This document shows positions 1-22,700 of a stretch of DNA of 64,000 nucleotides, one piece after another (position 1 is the first letter of the stretch; each line of letters opens with the position of its first letter). Position numbers and translations under genes: made by a program. The notes beneath the pieces were generated by a model that searched no databases, had not been told where the DNA came from, and worked only from the letters and a program-made list of their open reading frames with translations. Source of the DNA: Amphiscolops sp. MND2022 (taxonomy: Eukaryota). The stretch lies in the NCBI GenBank assembly GCA_964187785.1, contig OZ076413.1, positions 48,114,001-48,178,000 on the forward strand, in the 5' to 3' direction.

Positions 1-120
1 TGGTAGAATAAAATCTAAAACCATTGTATTTTTGTGGAATAACGTCTAAAATCACTATTTTGGTAGAATAAGATCTAAAAACACCGTATTTTACTGGACT
101 AACGTCTGAAATCATCGTTT
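1..120. repeat. ~30-bp unit minisatellite (gaataa-gatctaaaa-cacygtatttt type)
   Basis: About four degenerate ~30-bp units; the same units recur in direct orientation at ~10470-10556. Confidence 0.6.
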
Positions 121-404
121 TTTGATGGCACTTGATTGATGACGAAGACCCATGGTATTTGATAAAGGAAAGTAGTCATTCGGAAGTGCATAGCATCTCT
201 TAAGCGCATCTAAGGGAGGAAAGGGAGGAGCTTTAAAAAATTTCTACCGGTCGACTGCATAGTGGCTGGTTTGAGTAGTTTGTTGGTTGTTTTTCATTGT
301 TGCTGGTCTACTGTGATAGTGGCTGGTATGGGGTTCCCTACTTTCGTTGCAGACCACGGGTGGGTGTCTTCTCCCCCCAACATGATGATACACATGGCAC
401 TTGA

Positions 405-806
<402 letters not shown>

Positions 807-1427
807 ATTTTTATCATTGATTATTTGTGTTTTGTTGGTGTTTGAAATACTTCTTCTATTGGTAATTTTTTCTAATACGAAAAGTGCACGCTTCGTCTTT
901 GTTATATGTTTATTTATGATTACCCAAACGCGGTTTCTTCGATTACTATTTTTTATTGACTGCTCAAAAGTTCAGTTCTGAACGTTTACCTCGAGGTTTA
1001 TTTTGTTTCGTGTTGTCAAGATAGAGCCACGATAGAATGTTGAAGCCATACGCGAGGAGAGGTCATCAAAATAAATGATAACCAGACCTTTGCAATTTAA
1101 TGAGTTACTCAATGAATGGAGATATTCGATACAGTGGGCTTCTGCTTGTCCGAAATATTGTTTTTTTCTCAGGTGATCAAAAAGAGTTGAAAGATTTATG
1201 CTAGTGTTTACTGAAACTGTAACAGTATCACAGCCCGAGATCGTATAGATTACCGAAGTTTTTGATAACAGTTTCCATAAAAGTTCATAACATGTTTTTT
1301 AAGGTCTTCAGTCAGTCTGAACTATTCTGGTTCGTTTTGCAAAAATTTGTAAAGTTCAATAAAATACTAGACAGTAAATTAATAATTTTCGCTAGGGTGT
1401 TGTAACTTCAGGTTTCTGCCACGAACA

Positions 1428-3176
1428 ATGTCATTGAACAAGAATACACAAATGTGCACTAAAGTGGGAAAAGAATTGAGACTTTCCGAGAGGTAAATCA
1501 CTTTTCCTTACATAGCATATACGGTCAATGGCGTTTGATACTTTTTTCACAATGAACAAGACAGTATGTGGGTGAAGAAAGATGATTTTTTTGCCCTCGG
1601 CTGTAATAATTTTTTCTTGTGTTTCGGTTTGCAGGAACTCTCAACGACGCCAGCGATCAGAAGAAGATTTCAAACTACCCCACGACTTCGAATTCATTTT
1701 TTACTTTCGCAGCGATAATACCTTCATGCGAATTAAACCGGACGACAAATACTGGAAATCCGAATATACCAACACGAAGAAACTAGCTCTCGAGTATGGA
1801 CAAGATGTGACTTTCAATGTTTTGCCTCCAGGGTTATTTGTCTATAAAGGCTTACAGGCACATTTGGAACTAGTGGAGAAATACTTGGACGACGAGATTG
1901 ATAAAGGTTTGCAGATGAGCAAGCTCGATATTTCCTTGGCACTTCAAGAAGCCTTGAAGACGGTTGATGTAGATGACGTCGGCAGGGTTGCAGAGGGAAT
2001 CTTATCCGACTTCGAAGAGAACGAAGAGCCGGTCCCAATGAAAAAGCGGAAGTATCTGGACGAAAATTACTCGTCATCCCCAGAGGTGGCTGTCGAAACC
2101 GAGCGAACCCTGTGCGAAAGCGGTAATTCCAAAACAGCAGGACCAGGAACCAACTCGATCTGCTCCCAGTGTAACCAGTTCGTCGACAAAAACAAACAGG
2201 TTGAAATCAGTATCACGAAAACAGGATAACTGTTTTTTTGAGAGCCTTCCTAGGATATCGAGTTATATCATTAATGGTGATAACTATTTAATATTAGTTT
2301 ATAATAATTAGGATATTATATTTCAATTTCAGGTTCAAACTTGAAGTGGAACAAACACGGAAACACGATCATAAGCTCCCAATGTTATCATTTAATTGAT
2401 AAAAGTTGAAAACTGTATCCCCTTTTCTTTCACAGGAAGAAATTGCAAGTTTTGTGAAACACTTTTCAAAGGATATTAGGTAAAATCATAGATTTGACAA
2501 AACTGGTTCATAAAATTGTATTTTTCTAGGAAAAGTTAACATTGACTTGGAGCTATCATCGACCGCTGTCAGTCTTTTTGTTTAGAACGATGCGTGGGAG
2601 AAGTTTGCTCATATGGTAGCGAAAATAGAGCAGCGACTGGACAAATCCGCGGAAATCCAAGAGGAAACGATGAAATTCACCAAAAAAGCCTTAAAAGAGT
2701 TGAACGGTTTCCAGAACGTCTCGCGTATACTAATGTCACCGGATCATGGGGAGCTTCGTGGAAGTGAAGAAGTTGTAATGTACAACGGTTTGAACATTGC
2801 AGCACTCGGAGGTGATTCACCAGCAAGAATCACGAAAAATATTGCCGAAGCGCTGTTCACTCCCGCGGAACTTGGCAACTTGGTGATAGATCCACAGAAG
2901 ACATTGACGAATAACAGAAGACCAGCGGATGAATATAGAACGAACTTGTACAAGCAAGCGGTGAGGATAGCTCTCGGTACCCAATTTAATACGGAAGTGT
3001 ACAAAAAAACGCTCCGATTGGTTAATCAAAAAGGGTTATATGTCAACAATCGGGATAAAAAGACGCCGAAAGAAGGCCAGGTCACTCCCTCGATGACTGA
3101 TCGCGAAGTTTCATCAAACGAAGCTGAGAACGTCACTCCTCTTCCCACTCGCCACCCTTCGGGAAGAGATGAATGA
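1428..3176 (+). CDS. Multi-exon gene for an uncharacterised protein with a BEN-domain-like C-terminus
   Basis: Exon 1428-1492 (AG|GTAAAT) splices in frame to acceptor TTGCAG|1635 and ORF 1582-2229. The last ORF 2613-3176 has a coiled-coil-like stretch followed by ITKNIAEALFTPAEL...RRPADEYRTNLYKQAV...LVNQKG, resembling BEN domains. Middle exons (2200-2586) are unresolved. Confidence 0.5.
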
Positions 3177-3929
3177 AAACTGCCATACAACTTTCCAGGA
3201 TGTCTTCGTTCGTTTTAAACTCATGAACGTTTCTTTATTTTCTAGCTGGTTTTTCCGATAGAAAACACTTAAACATAGAAACATTCATAAGTGCTAGCGG
3301 AACCGTCTTCGATTTTCACACGAGTTAGTGTTTTTGTTATTATCCAATGTTTTTGTTACAGAGGCAATAATTCGGATTTGTGGCAACTCGCGTTACGCCT
3401 ATCTGAGAGCAAAGGAAGCTGCCAATCAAGTTGGGCGTCAAGAAAAAGCTTTGTCGAAGAAAAAATTGAACAGCTCAAAATGATTGCATCGAAGCTGTTT
3501 ATTTCAAACTTGGTAACTTCTGTTGGCAATTTCTCAATTATTATCACCGGCTGGTTGTTCCGATGATTTGATTCTTTTGGATACAATTTTTGAAAGTGCT
3601 GTAGTAACCCTCTTTCGAAAGTGAACATGTCAGTACATTTTCGCTGGAAAGGTGTCGATGACAATAGTTCTTTTCGTCTCTAGTAACACACTGTTCCACG
3701 TTCTTTTCAACTGCCTGCTTTAAAGTTATAACTTTTGTTATGTGAGATGTATGCCGGGTATCATTAAACTTGGTCTGAAGTTTGTCCTCGGCCGCTGTGC
3801 AGCTTTTTAAAATTTTACTGCTTTCAAACTCTGAAAATCTGACTTCTTTCGGTACGCTACTGCAACTCGATGAAACTTTGAATTGAATTGTCTTCAACTC
3901 TCAAGTTGAAAAAGTGCGCTTTTTCCTAT

Positions 3930-6900
3930 GGAGATACACTTCGAGAAACCCTTCTTTGATACTTTTTTCATGCAAATACACTTCAGGAAGCCTTTCTGAT
4001 TTGATACGGTCGCGATTGGTGAGCGAAGACTCGAAAACGTTGTTTTTTGATTCGAAAAATCTTGTTTTTTGTTGGACTTCAAGTTTGATCTGACCTAAAT
4101 GTTGGTGTGTTTTTTGTGTTTTCATGTTTCTTTCGGGGATTTTCTCTGCAAATACCCGTTTATAGCGCTACGAGTTTGTACTGTTTCTTACTTGGCTAGC
4201 GCAGACTAAGATATGGGTTTTTTTGAGCTCTTGATTAACATTTTTGGTGTACCTGAAAAATGTTCCTACTTCGTTTTAACCTTTCAAGTTTTATGTATCT
4301 CATTGTGCTTTTTTCACTGCAAATACCTTTCAGGAAGCCGTATGTAGCACTGTCAGAGTCGACAACTTCTCAATTGGCCTTCGACGACTGAAGAATGTGA
4401 AGTTAATGATGTTGATTCGTTTTTTTCTGGATCCTCAAACTTGTTCAACAAAACTTTATCACTCCAATCTATGATCTTCCTCGCGATTTTTTTAAATCTC
4501 AATGGTGTTCAATTCTCTGTTCTTTTAATTTTGATTTTTGGTGTTTTACATAATCGTATTTGGTGTTTTTAATTGTCTTTAACCGAAGAGCCAAAAACAT
4601 TTTTTTTAATTGGACAAACCTTGTTTTGCGTTGGATCTCAAGTTTGATCTGACTTGAATGTTGGAGTTTTTTGGGTTTTTCATGTTTTTTTGAGGGGTTT
4701 TCTCTGCAGATACCCGTTTATAGCGCTACGAGGTTTCACTGTTTCTTACTTGGCTTGCGCAGACAAAGATATGGGTTTTTTGAGCTCTTGATTAACATTT
4801 TTGGTGTATCTGAAAAATGTTCCTACTTCGTTATAACCTTTCTCTCAAGTTTTATCTATCTCACTGTGCTTTTTTTAATGCAAATACACTTCAGGAAGAC
4901 CTTCTGATTTGATACGTTCGCGCTTGCTGAGCGAAGAGTCAAAAAGATTTGTTTTTTTTGTTGAACAAACTTTGTTTTTCGTTGGATCTCAATTTTGACC
5001 TGACTTAAATGTTGAAGTTTTTTTATGTTTTCATGTTTCTTTGAGGGGTTTTTAATGCAAATACCCGTTTATGGGGCTACGAGATTCTACTGTTACTTAC
5101 TTGGCTAGCACAGACTAAGATATGGGTTTTTTTGAGCTCTTGATTAACATTTTTGGTGTATCTGAAATATGTTCCTACTTCGTTATAACCTTTCTCTTCA
5201 AATTTTATGTATCTCATGGTGCTTTTTTCATGCAAATACACTTCAGGAAGACCTTCTGATTTGATACGTTCGCGCTTGCTGAGCGAAGAGCCAAAAAGAT
5301 TTGTTTTTTTTTGTTGAACAAACTTTGTTTTTCGTTGGATCTCAAGTTTGATCTGACTTAAATGTTGGAGTTTTTTTTGGGTTTTTCATGTTTCTTTGAG
5401 GGATTTTCAATGCAAATACCCGTTTATGGGGCTACGAGATTGTACTGTTACTTACTTGGCTAGCACAGACTAAGATATGGGTTTTTTCGAGCTCTTGATT
5501 AACCTTTTTGGTGTATCTGAAATATGTTCCTACTTCGTTATAACTTTTCTCTTCAAGTTTTATTTATCTCATGGTGCTTTTTTCATGCAAATACACTTCA
5601 GGAAGCCTTTCGGATTTAATACGGTCGCGATTGGTGAGCGAAGACTCGAAAACGTTTTTTGATTCGAAAAATCTTGTTTTTTGTTGGACCTCAAGTTTGA
5701 TCTGACTTAAATGTTGGTGTTTTTTTTTGTGTTTTCATGTTTCTTTGAAGGATTTTCTCTGCAAATACCCGTTTATAGCGCTATGAGATTGTACTGTTTC
5801 CTACTTGGCTAGCACAGACTAAGATCTGGGTTTTTTCAAGCTCTTGATTGACATTTTTGGTGTATCTAAAAAATGTTCCTACTTCGTTATAACCTTTCTA
5901 TCAAGTTTTATCTATCTCACTGTTCTTTTTTTCATGCAAATACACTTCAGGAAGCCTTTCTGATTTGATACGGTTGCGATTGGTGAGCGAAGACTCGAAA
6001 ACGTTGATTTTGATTCGAAAAATCTCGTTTTTTGTTGGACCTCAAGTTTGATCTGACTTAAATGTTGGTGTTTTTTTTGTGTTTTCATGTTTCTCTGAGG
6101 GATTTTCTCTGCAAATACCCGTTTATGCCGCTACGAGATTGTACTGTTTCCTACTTGGATAGCACAGACTAAGAAATGGGTTTTTTGAGCTCTTGATTAC
6201 ATTCTTGGTGTACCTGAAAAATGTTCCTACTTCGTTTTAACCTTTCAAGTTTTATGTATCTCATTGTGCTTTTTTCACTGCAAATACCTTTCAGGAAGCC
6301 GTATGTAGCCCTGTCAGAGTCGACAACTTCTCAATTGACCTTCGACGACTGAAGAATGTGAAGTTAATGATGTTGATTCGTTTTTTCTGGATCCTCAAAC
6401 TTGATCAACATAACTTTCTCACTCCAATCTATGATCTTCCTCGCGAATTTTTTACTTATAATCTCAATGGTGTTCAATTCTCTGTTCTTTTAATTTTGAT
6501 TTTTGGTGTTTTACATAATCTTATTTGGTGTTTTTATGTTTGGTGTTTTTAATTGTCTTTAACCGAAGAGCGAAGAGCCAAAAACATTTTTTTAATTGGA
6601 CAAACCTTGTTTTGCGTTGGATCTCAAGTTTGACCTGACTTAAATGTTGAAGTTTTTTTATGTTTTCATGTTTCTTTGAGGGGTTTTTAATGCAAATACC
6701 CGTTTATGGGGCTACGAGATTGTACTGTTTCCTACTTGACTAGCACAGACTAAGATCTGGGTTTTTTTGAGCTCTTGATTGACATTTTTGGTGTATCTGA
6801 AAAATGTTCCTACTTCGTTATAACCTTTCTATCAAGTTTTATCTATCTCACTGTGCTTTTTTTCATGATAATACACTTCAGGAAGCCTTTCTGATTTGAT

Positions 6901-9900
6901 ACGGTTGCGATTGGTGAGCGAAGACTCGAAAACGTTGTTTTTTGATTCGAAAAATCTCGTTTTTTGTTGGACCTCAAGTTTGATCTGACTTAAATGTTGG
7001 TGTTTTTTTTGTGTTTTCATGTTTCTTTGAGGGATTTTCTCTGCAAATACCCGTTTATAGCGCTACGAGATTGTACTGTTTCCTACTTGGCTAGCACAGA
7101 CTAAGATCTGGGTTTTTTTAAGCTCTTGATTGACATTTTTGGTGTATCTGAAAAATGTTCCTACTTCGTTATAACCTTTCTATCAAGTTTTATCTATCTC
7201 ACTGTGCTTTTTTTTCATGCAAATACACTTCAGGAAGCCTTTCTGATTTGATACGGTTGCGATTGGTGAGCGAAGACTCGAAAACGTTGTTTTTTGATTG
7301 GAAAAATTTCGTTTTTTGTTGGACCTCAAGTTTGATCTGACTTAAATGTTGGTGTTTTTTTGGGTTTTCATGTTTCTCTGAGGGATTTTCTCTGCAAATA
7401 CCCGTTTATGCCGCTACGAGATTGTACTGTTTCCTACTTGGATAGCACAGACTAAGAAATGGGTTTTTTGAGCTCTTGATTACATTCTTGGTGTACCTGA
7501 AAAATGTTCCTACTTCGTTTTAACCTTTCAAGTTTTATGTATCTCATTGTGCTTTTTTCACTGCAAATACCTTTCAAGAAGCCATATGTAGCCCTGTCAG
7601 AGTCGACAACTTCTCAATTGGCCTTCGACGACTGAAGAATGTGAAGTTAATGATGTTGATTCGTTTTTTCTGGATCCTCAAACTTGTTCAACATAACTTT
7701 CTCACTCCAATCTATGATCTTCCTCGCGATTTTTTTCTTATAATCTCAATGGTGTTCAATTCTCTGTTCTTTTAATTTTGATTTTTGGTGTTTTACATAA
7801 TCTTATTTGGTGTTTTTAATTGTCTTTAACCGAACAGCGAAGAGCCAAAACATTTTTTTAATTGGACAAACCTTGTTTTGCGTTGGATCTCAAGTTTGAC
7901 CTGACTTAAATGTTGAAGTTTTGTTATGTTTTCATGTTTCTTTGAGGGGTTTTCAATGCAAATACCCGTTTATGGGGCTACGAGATTGTACTGTTACTTA
8001 CTTGGCTAGCACAGACTAAGATATGGGTTTTTTTGAGCTCTTGATTAACATTTTTGGTGTATCTGAAATATGTTCCTACTTCGTTATAACCTTTCTCTTC
8101 AAGTTTTATTTATCTCATGGTGCTTTTTTCATGCAAATACACTTCAGGAAGCATTTCTGATTTGATACGGTCGCGATTGGTGAGAGAAGACTCGAAAACG
8201 TTATTTTTTGATTCGAAAAATCTTGTTTTTTGTTGGACCTCAAGTTTGATCTGACTTAAATGTTGGTGTTTTTTTTTGTGTTTTCATGCTTCTTTGAAGG
8301 ATTTTCTCTGCAAATACCCGTTTATAGCGCTACGAGATTGTACTGTTTCCTACTTGGCTAGCACAGACTAAGATCTGGGTTTTTTTAAGCTCTTGATTGA
8401 CATTTTTGGTGTATCTGAAAAATGTTCCTACTTCGTTATAACCTTTCTATCAAGTTTTATCTATCTCACTGTGCTTTTTTTTCATGCAAATACACTTCAG
8501 GAAGCCTTTCTGATTTGATACGGTTGCGATTGGTGAGCGAAGACTCGAAAACGTTGTTTTTTGATTCGAAAAATCTCGTTTTTTGTTGGACCTCAAGTTT
8601 GATCTGACTTAAATGTTGGTGTTTTTTTTGTGTTTTCATGTTTCTTTGAGGGATTTTCTCTGCAAATACCCGTTTATAGCGCTACGAGATTGTACTGTTT
8701 CCTACTTGGCTAGCACAGTCTAAGAAATGGGTTTTTGAGCTTTTGATTACATTCTTGGTGTACCTGAAAAATGTTCCTACTTCGTTTTAACCTTTCAAGT
8801 TTTATGTATCTCATACTGCTTTTTTCACTGCAAATACCTTTCAGAAAGCCGTATGTAGCCCTGTCAGAGTCGACAACTTCTCAATTGGCCTTCGACGACT
8901 GAAGAATGTGAAGTTAATGATGTTGATTCGTTTTTTCTGGATCCTCAAACTTGTTCAACATAACTTTCTCACTCCAATCTATGATCGTCCTCGCGATTTT
9001 TTTTCTTATAATCTCAATGGTGTTCAATTCTCTGTTCTTTTAATTTTCATTTTTGGTGTTTTACATAATCTTATTTGGTGTTTTTAATTGTCTTTTACCG
9101 AAGAGCGAAGAGCCAAAAACATTTTTTTAATTGGACAAACCTTGTTTTGCGTTGGATCTCAAGTTTGACCTGACTTAAATGTAGAAGTTTTTTATGTTTT
9201 CATGTTTCTTTGAGGGGTTTTCAATGCAAATACCCGTTTATGGGGCTACGAGATTGTACTGTTTTGTACTTGGCTAGCACAGACTAAGATCTGGGTTTTT
9301 TTGAGCTCTTGATTGACATTTTTGGTGTACTGGAAAATGTTCCTACTTCGTTATAACCTTTCTATCAAGTTTTATCTATCTCACTGTGCTTTTTTTCATG
9401 CCAATACACTTCATGAAGCCTTTCTTATTTGATACGGTCGCGATTGGTGAGCGAAGACTCGAAAACGTTGTTTTTTGATTCGAAAAATCTTGTTTTTTGT
9501 TGGACTTCAAGTTTGATCTGACCTAAATGTTGGTGTGTTTTTTGTGTTTTCATGTTTCTTTCGGGGATTTTCTCTGCAAATACCCGTTTATAGCGCTACG
9601 AGATTGTACTGTTTCCTACTTGGCTAGCACAGACTAAGAAATGGGTTTTTTGAGCTCTTGATTACATTCTTGGTGTACCTGAAAAATGTTCCTACTTCGT
9701 TTTAACCTTTCTTTCAAGTTTTATGTATCTCATGGTGCTTTTTTTCATGCAAATACACTTCATGAAGCCTTTCTTATTTGATGCGGTCGCGATTAGTGAG
9801 CGAAGACTCGAAAACGTTGTTTTTTGATTCGATAAATCTTGTTTTTTGTTGGACCTCAAGTTCGATCTGACTTAAATTTTGGTGTTTTTTTGGGGTTTTC

Positions 9901-10370
9901 ATGTTTCTTCGAGGGATTTTCAATGCAAATACCCGTTTATTGGGCTACAAGATTGTACTGTTTCTCACTTGGCTAGCACAGACTAAGAAATGGTTTTTTT
10001 AAGCTCTTGATTACATTTTTGGTGTACCTGAAAAATGTTCCTACTTCGTTTTAACCTTTCTTTCAAGTTTTATGTATCCCATGGTGCTTTTTTCACTGCA
10101 AATACCTTTCAGGAAGCCGTATGTAGCCCTGTCAGAGTCGACAACTTCTCAATTGGCCTTCGACGACTGAAGAATGTGAAGTTAATGATGTTGATTCGTT
10201 TTTTCTGGATCCTCAAACTTGTTCAACATAACTTACATCACTCACTCCAATCTATGATCTTCCTCCCGTTTTTTCTTATAATCTCAATGGTGTTCAATTC
10301 TCTGTTCTTTTAATTTTGATTTTTGGTGTTTTACATAATCTTATTTGGTATTTTTAATTGTCTTTAACAT
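3930..10370. repeat. Tandem satellite array, ~350-bp monomers with ~1267-bp higher-order structure
   Basis: Anchor aa(a/t)atgttcctacttcg recurs 15 times (~4256, 4813, 5165, 5519, 5868, 6217, 6800, 7151, 7500, 8066, 8418, 8767, 9333, 9681, 10031). Spacing is ~350 or ~560-580. Near-identical spurious ORFs at 7155 and 8422 are 1267 bp apart. Confidence 0.95.
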
Positions 10371-10679
10371 AATACTTTTTGGGATTTTCAATTGTATTTT
10401 TCTTCTTTTGCAGCCGTTTTAGAGAAATGGTTTGAGCGAGAAACAGTTTGAGAAACAAGAACTTATTCAATAGAATAGCGTCTAAAATCACCGTATTTTG
10501 GTGGAATAAGATCCAAAAACACTGTATTTCACTGGAATAACGTCTAAAATCACTTTTTTGAGAGAGATATAGGATCCTTTTGTTGCGAAAGGCTAAGGCT
10601 GAGAATTTGGAAATGGTATCATTCATCGCTCGCATAAATTTTTCTGATTAGGAACGACTTTTTTCAGAATTTCCTTTAG

Positions 10680-10855
10680 TGGAACGATGCAAATTTTGTA
10701 AGAGTTTTGTAAGATTTATGCATTTTTTGTACCATTTTTAGCTGAAAATCGCAAATTTTGCAAGAATCTTGTAAGAGTTAGTGTCAAATAATGCATTTTC
10801 TTACAAGAATTTTTGTAAGAATTTTGCAAAAAATGTGAATTTTTTCAACTAGGGG
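10680..10855. mobile_element. Candidate DNA-transposon terminus with subterminal repeats (ends ...ttcaactaggg)
   Basis: Clustered ttttgtaaga/ttgcaaga short repeats ending in CTAGGG (CCCTAG on the minus strand); the partner end is not in the window. Confidence 0.35.
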
Positions 10856-11563
10856 TATCAAATGAGACAGATCCAGACATACATTTTTTACTGTATAGGT
10901 GAGTACTTTTTTCACATGACAATATGACAGTTACATGACACGTGACTTTGTGACATCTATCAATAAACTTATATGCACTATGCCACAAAACTTTGATTTT
11001 TTTTCAATCGCAAAAAAGAGCAAGTACTTGGAAAAGTTGATGTACCTATCATACCTATCAGAGGTTGGGAGCAAAAAGGATCTAAGCTGAATGATTTCTA
11101 CAACGTCTCAAGTGAGATATGTCAAAAGTGTCTAAAAAATCATGAGTTCACTTGTTTAAGAAACCACTTTACCATCAATGTGCAAAGTAAACAGTACATC
11201 CATCATGTGCTGATCGCTATTTTGTTACCAGGAGACATTGAAGTTTGCATTCAGTTGAACAGGTCAAGAGCTTAAAGCTAAGTAATTACGTGCATTGTTC
11301 TTTAACAATATTGGGCTCCTTATACAGTTCTAAAATGAGAATGCGATGTCAGCAATTCAGACGAAACTTTTTACGGATGAGATACACACAAATATTTCTA
11401 ATATATCGTCAATTTCCAGTTGTAACCTAAAACTTAGGACTCAAACCTACGTCTACACGAAGTCAATCTAAAAGTAATGGTTTCCTTTGTAAACTATGGA
11501 TTGACATTCACAAGTAAAAGTTAGAATGCCCCAGAAGAAAGACTCCTCTATGTGCTTGCCTAC

Positions 11564-19700
<8,137 letters not shown>

Positions 19701-22700
19701 TCACTCTCAGTGCATTCTATGAATTGAACGATTTTCGAAATTTGGAACACCTCGGTTTGGGTTCTAAAATATTTTTTGATGGGACGTCAAATTAATTGAT
19801 CTCTTGCTGAGAAGTCGGCAATTTTTACATCATGACATCAGTTGTTGATGATACACAGGTATGGGATTAATTACTGAATAATATTGATTACGGGTTACTT
19901 TAGTTTTCAGTGAAACTGTATGTAGAGACGAAGAAAAAAAGTAGCAACTATTCTCGTGCTTCAGGTTTCAGAGATTATCTGCAAGATCGTGAAATATAAC
20001 TTCTCCGCTGCTGCTGAAAAACTTGTAATATTTTGGTAAAAGTATCAAAAAATGCAAGCAATTTTCAAGCCAATGTCTGTTTCCGGAGGAAAATTGCGTC
20101 AAAGACGGGTCTTTCAGAGAAATAAATTAGCAAGTGTGGTTTGTAATCAACCTCATAAGAGAAGGTTTGGTTTTTTGAAGAACTTTGATGTCGGTTGAGA
20201 GTGTTAGGAAATCCATCCCTATTTGAAACTTTTGACTTCGAAGTTGTAGAGGAGTGGTCACTGCAACAGCCAAAGGGATTGAGTAAAAACGAGTGCTTAA
20301 GAGTGGTTATTAACCAAGAAGAGTGGTTATTAGAGTAGATGATGATGGAGATCTGTGGATGCTGAGATGGTACGGTCTTCGTTTCTGGTTCATACAGGCG
20401 GCGTTGATATTGAAACGAGTTTCAGTTGCCTAGAGACTAATACTCCTCTTGATTTTTAGACTAAGGGGAGATTGCTAGAAGCTGTGATTTCTGAAATGAT
20501 TATAGTATCCTAGCTGAGGCTCTACAGATGCAGAAACAAAAATGAAAACGTTAGAAACTCGGTTTTGCTTTCGTTTTGTTAGAAGGAGCTGTCGTGGTAT
20601 AATTTGATGCCTTTCTAAAATTGCTCTTCCAGACCTATAGCCTTCCGCCTGCCCGTTAGTGGCGGGGATAGTTTAGCAGAATTAACAGCAGGTGTTACCC
20701 TTGTCGTCAGTGGACTAATTTAAAACATATTTGAACACAAATCGTTTCACATTTTTTACTCTCTGCACCGGCCGTTTGGTCAATTTCACGGCGGCCCTAT
20801 ACGTTTTTAGTTCTAATTGGGAAAAATGCTTTCGTCCAGTATTTATTAGTTTTCTGGGATCATCGGCTAAGTGCAGATTGTGGAAACAATACAAAGCTCA
20901 TATGCTTTTTCCTCCATTTTCCAGATCTTTTCACTAACCACCTCCCCCCACCCTCCTTGTTTATTCCCAACATATCCCCTTGATTCATCCCCAGTGGTCA
21001 ATAACACAAGAAGGAACAAGGATATTGGCTCATGTGGTGGAATAAGTGAAACATCCCAAGTATGCCAAATTATCTCCCCCCCTACTTCCTTGGTTAGCCA
21101 CCGATTGCGGTAATTTCAATTTGTGATCCCTGCAAAACCCTCTCTCAATAAATTGAATTAAACACAATGCTTCTGGTTGGATTTGTACAGCTTACTTACC
21201 TGGGAGCTGAACATTTGTGTGTTCTTATCAGAAGTATTATCTTCTATGCCTTTGTCTCACTTTCTATAAGCTTTTGTTGGAAAGATATTAATTCCATCGG
21301 GAACGTTAGCTTAGTGACAAAACTTACCGTATCCCACAAGAAGTCGAGTTTTTTCTGTCATCAAACCAAATGGAATTCACAAATCAATTTTCAAGTGATT
21401 CATTTCAAACGGGCTTTTTCCTTAAACTTGATGTAATTTGATGTCAAAAGAGAAAGTAACAATAAAAAGAGCTTAAATTGCTTTGAGCTTTCTGGCACAA
21501 TCAATGAAAGTTCCAGTGTTATTTGCATGGTTTGTTCTGTTAGGTTTCAACAATTAAAATGGAAACACTTTTAATGCTGCCCCGAAACGTTTCTATAGAT
21601 AATTTAGATCAATTCGTTCAGTGAAATTATTCGAGAAATTCAAGCAGTAAACGATACTTGTTCAACTATTTCAACACCTAAAATCAAACTCACCTGTCAT
21701 CTAGAGATGTTCAGGTTGGTCATCACTGAAACACCAATCTTTTAGTTGAAAGATTTAGTTGAAAAACGAAAATGAAACTAACCGCTGGGAATCACCTGAA
21801 TGTCGAGAAACCTAATAAACTACTATATCATCCGATTAGTATAAGAAAGTGAACGGTACCACTGACCATGAAATATACGACAGAAATGTAACGTCAACCA
21901 GTCGATGAACGAAATTTTTGAAAATTTCGAAGTATCGCACAAAATAAAAATGGCTGACCCGACAGGTACCTCGAATCAGTTTGGAAGACGAAAAAAGAAA
22001 AAAAGAGACAACACGAACCATACACGGGAGCCACCCCGACACACCCTGAGACGCTTCGAAAAGCTGAGGAGTACCCACATGTGATAGTGGGGAAAAAGGA
22101 TAGCGTTGCGATAGAACAATTCCACCAAAAGAATGCGAAGAATCCGAGAAGCAGACCTTAGACTTTTGAACCGAATATGCCCGAAATACGGAATTCGCTG
22201 AATTTCGATCCACGGTGCTCTATTTGTAGCTATCCCGAGTTGCCAGTGCAGGTTTTCAGGTATTTGGTGATGTTTGATCTACTAGATCAGCATTTCAGAT
22301 CTTATTCCGCAAATTCAATGTATTTCTGCTAATTGCCGTTTTTGGTCCTCGGAAATGTGCGGGAAGTCGCAGGAACCTAAAGATTTGTTTTTAGGCTTAT
22401 GGTACGTGTCCGGTCGTTGAGAGTGCAGGCTTGTCGCCACGGAGCTCTAAATTGATGATTCTCCTTGACATATGAAAATTCCCCCGTAGAAAACTTTTTG
22501 GCAGAAAAACAAGTTTTTAGTGTTGTAGTAAGACAACGGTCACTTGTGTAAGCAACTTAAGCATTGTCCCATTTCTAGGATGTACGCTACTAGTTGGACG
22601 TTTCAATATTAAAGGAATTACCTTCATAGCTAGACATAGTACCCAGACATTTGGTTCTATTCAATTTTATCAATCCATCAAACTAAACTTTTGGCGTGTT

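Noticed and set aside
3291..3897. Possible transposase C-terminal remnant on the minus strand
   Set aside because: Coding-like and convergent with the BEN-like gene, but no recognisable motif; not called.
3930..10370. CRISPR-like array
   Set aside because: Whole ~350-bp units are repeated with no unique spacers; the context is eukaryotic and there are no cas genes.
3894..10635. Many short repeated ORFs (e.g. MFLLRYNLSIKF..., MKTQKKHQHL...)
   Set aside because: They are translations of satellite monomers with no protein-like signal.
21694..21796. Possible 5' UTR exon of the transporter (minus strand AG...GTGAGT)
   Set aside because: Splice-like signals alone are insufficient without transcript data.
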